Shown here piece after piece: positions 62,433 through 64,000 of a DNA stretch of 64,000 bases (positions are counted from its first letter, which is position 1; each line of letters starts with the position of its first letter). Both the position numbers and the translations under genes were made by a program. The DNA comes from an uncultured delta proteobacterium (lineage in GTDB: Bacteria > Myxococcota_A > Polyangia > Fen-1088): positions 2,144,001 through 2,208,000 of the forward strand of contig CAVYGB010000008.1 in the NCBI GenBank assembly GCA_963767925.1, in the 5' to 3' direction. The notes below the pieces were generated by a model that made no database searches, was not told the origin of the DNA, and saw only the letters and a list, made by a program, of their open reading frames with translations.

Positions 62433-63497
62433 TCATTCCCCCTGTTGGTAGCCGACGCGGGCCAGGCCCTGCGGCGTATCGGTCCAGTCGGGAGCCACCT
62501 TCACGTGCAGGCGCAGGTGCGCCGGGCGCCCCAGCAGGGCGGTGATCTCGGCCCGGGCGGAGGTCCCCACCTCGCGGACCATGGTGCCCCCCCGGCCGAC
62601 GACGATCGCCTTCTGGGGCTCTCGCTCGACGAGGATCGAGGCGTCGATGACCACGTCGCCGCCCGACCGCTCCTCCCACTGATCGATCACCACCGCCACC
62701 GCCCCGGGCACCTCCTGGCGCAGGCGCAGGAAGAGCTGCTCCCGGATCAGCTCGGCGGCGAGAAAGCGCTCGCTCCGATCGGTCAGGGTGCTGGGATCGT
62801 GCTGGGGCGGGCCCACCGGCAACACGCCCAAAAGCTCGGCGATCAGGTCGTCGACGCCCACCCCCTGGGTGGCCGACATCGGCACCAGGGCGGCGAAGGG
62901 GCCCCGGGCCGACCAGGCCTGCAGCGCCGGCAGCAGCGCCTGCTTGTCGCGAACCCGATCGACCTTGTTGAGGGCGAGCACGACCGGTCTACCCGATCGG
63001 AGGCACTCCGCGAGCAGGCGGGCCTCGCCCGGGTCCTTGGACCGGGCACCCTGGGCATCCACCACCATGAGGATGGCGTTGGCGTCGCTGAGGGCGGCCA
63101 TCGCCTCCTGCACCATGAAGCGGCCCAGGGCCGAGCGGGGATCGTGCATCCCGGGCGTGTCGACGAAGGCGATCTGGCCACCCCGACCGCCAGGGAGCTG
63201 GCCGTTCCAGACGCCCACCAGCCGGGTGCGGGTGGTCTGGGCGCGCGGGCTGACGATGGCGAGCTTCTCGCCCAGGATCCGGTTGAGCAGAGTCGACTTG
63301 CCCACGTTGGGCAGCCCGATGATTGCAACAGAGCCCGCGACCGAACCGGCGACCGATCCAGCATGCCTGGCAGCGGGCGGAGCTGCAGCGGGCGCAGCGA
63401 CCGGGCCGGGCTCCCTGCCGGCGTGCGTCTGGTCGGCGGGCCCGGCCGGTGCCGCGGGGTGAAGGGGACGGTTTTTCGGCATCGGGCGCGCTTTCAT
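62433..63497 (-). CDS. era: GTPase Era
   Basis: GLPNVGKSTLLN, AQTTR, DTPGMH, NKVD, KH domain QKAIVVGRGG, LRLHVKV. The start may be 63482. Confidence 0.96.
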   Translation of the reverse strand: MKARPMPKNRPLHPAAPAGPADQTHAGREPGPVAAPAAAPPAARHAGSVAGSVAGSVAIIGLPNVGKSTLLNRILGEKLAIVSPRAQTTRTRLVGVWNGQLPGGRGGQIAFVDTPGMHDPRSALGRFMVQEAMAALSDANAILMVVDAQGARSKDPGEARLLAECLRSGRPVVLALNKVDRVRDKQALLPALQAWSARGPFAALVPMSATQGVGVDDLIAELLGVLPVGPPQHDPSTLTDRSERFLAAELIREQLFLRLRQEVPGAVAVVIDQWEERSGGDVVIDASILVEREPQKAIVVGRGGTMVREVGTSARAEITALLGRPAHLRLHVKVAPDWTDTPQGLARVGYQQGE

Positions 63498-63600
63498 AGC
63501 ACGCCGCCGCCGTCCACATCGTGACGCGTGGGCGTTCCGCCTTCACCGTCGGTGAAAAATCAGTAAGCTCGGCCCCTTCCACTGCCGACGAGGCCCGACG

Positions 63601-64000
63601 ATGCCAACGCCCGACGATCTCCGCAGCCGACTCACCGGGGTGCTCGCCTTCCCGGTCACGCCCTTCGCCCCCGCCGGCCTTGCGGTCGACCTGGATGGCC
63701 TGCGCAAGAATCTGCGCCACCTCGCCCGCTTCCCGTTCTGCGCAGTTGTCGCCGCCGGGGGGACGGGCGAGACCTACTCCCTCGACCCGGACGAGCACCT
63801 GCGCGTGGTCGAGGAGACGGTGGCCGCTTTCGAGGGGCGCTGTCCGGTCATCGCCGGGGTGGGCGGCAGCCTGCCGGTGGCGACCGCGATGGCCCGGCGG
63901 GCGGCCAAGGCCGGCGTCCAGGGCATCCTGGCCCTGCCCCCCTATTACCCGGGCGCTCCCGACGAGGGCCTCGTCGACTACTACCGCGCGATCGGCCAGG
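63601..64000 (+). CDS. DHDPS-family aldolase/dehydratase, most like 5-dehydro-4-deoxyglucarate dehydratase (3' end outside the window)
   Basis: Hand translation from ATG 63601: MPTPDDLRSRLTGVLAFPVTPF...VVAAGGTGETYSL...PVIAGVGG...GILALPPYY. Confidence 0.8.
   Translation, partial: MPTPDDLRSRLTGVLAFPVTPFAPAGLAVDLDGLRKNLRHLARFPFCAVVAAGGTGETYSLDPDEHLRVVEETVAAFEGRCPVIAGVGGSLPVATAMARRAAKAGVQGILALPPYYPGAPDEGLVDYYRAIGQ

Overview
Very GC-rich bacterial DNA whose gene content points to a myxobacterium (Myxococcota, probably Polyangia-like; this is inference). The supporting genes are Hanks-type kinases, FHA/PP2C proteins, PilZ proteins, a DUF1587/1595 lipoprotein and an ECF-FecR-TPR cassette. The main accessory feature is a ~19.4 kb divergent beta-1,3-glucan locus (11578-31003). 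Its left arm encodes a secreted hypothetical protein, an ECF sigma factor, a FecR/TPR anti-sigma, a TolB-like lipoprotein and a lipoprotein carrying a full 16-Cys thaumatin domain. Its right arm encodes a GH149-like phosphorylase, a GPH sugar symporter, two lipoproteins, a clan GH-A TIM-barrel hydrolase, a predicted outer-membrane beta-barrel, GH81 and GH16. No SusC/SusD pair or TonB-dependent receptor is visible. One unannotated ~170-190 aa CBM-like domain recurs in three lipoproteins of the locus. A second unusual module (40669-46409) combines a pilin-like peptide, an FHA-fused CpaF/TadA pseudo-ATPase, an SMI1/KNR4-TPR protein and a degenerate PLC/P1-nuclease-like secreted protein. The rest of the window holds a Cu/Ag P-type ATPase, a patch of gene remnants, Ser/Thr signalling genes and core genes (tyrA, lepB, lepA, tRNA-Met, elbB-like, tgt, queA, bamB-like, yfgM-like, der, era). 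About eight single-base frameshifts (seven of them +1, one of those in tgt) are most likely uncorrected long-read errors. No CRISPR array, rRNA or mobile element was seen.
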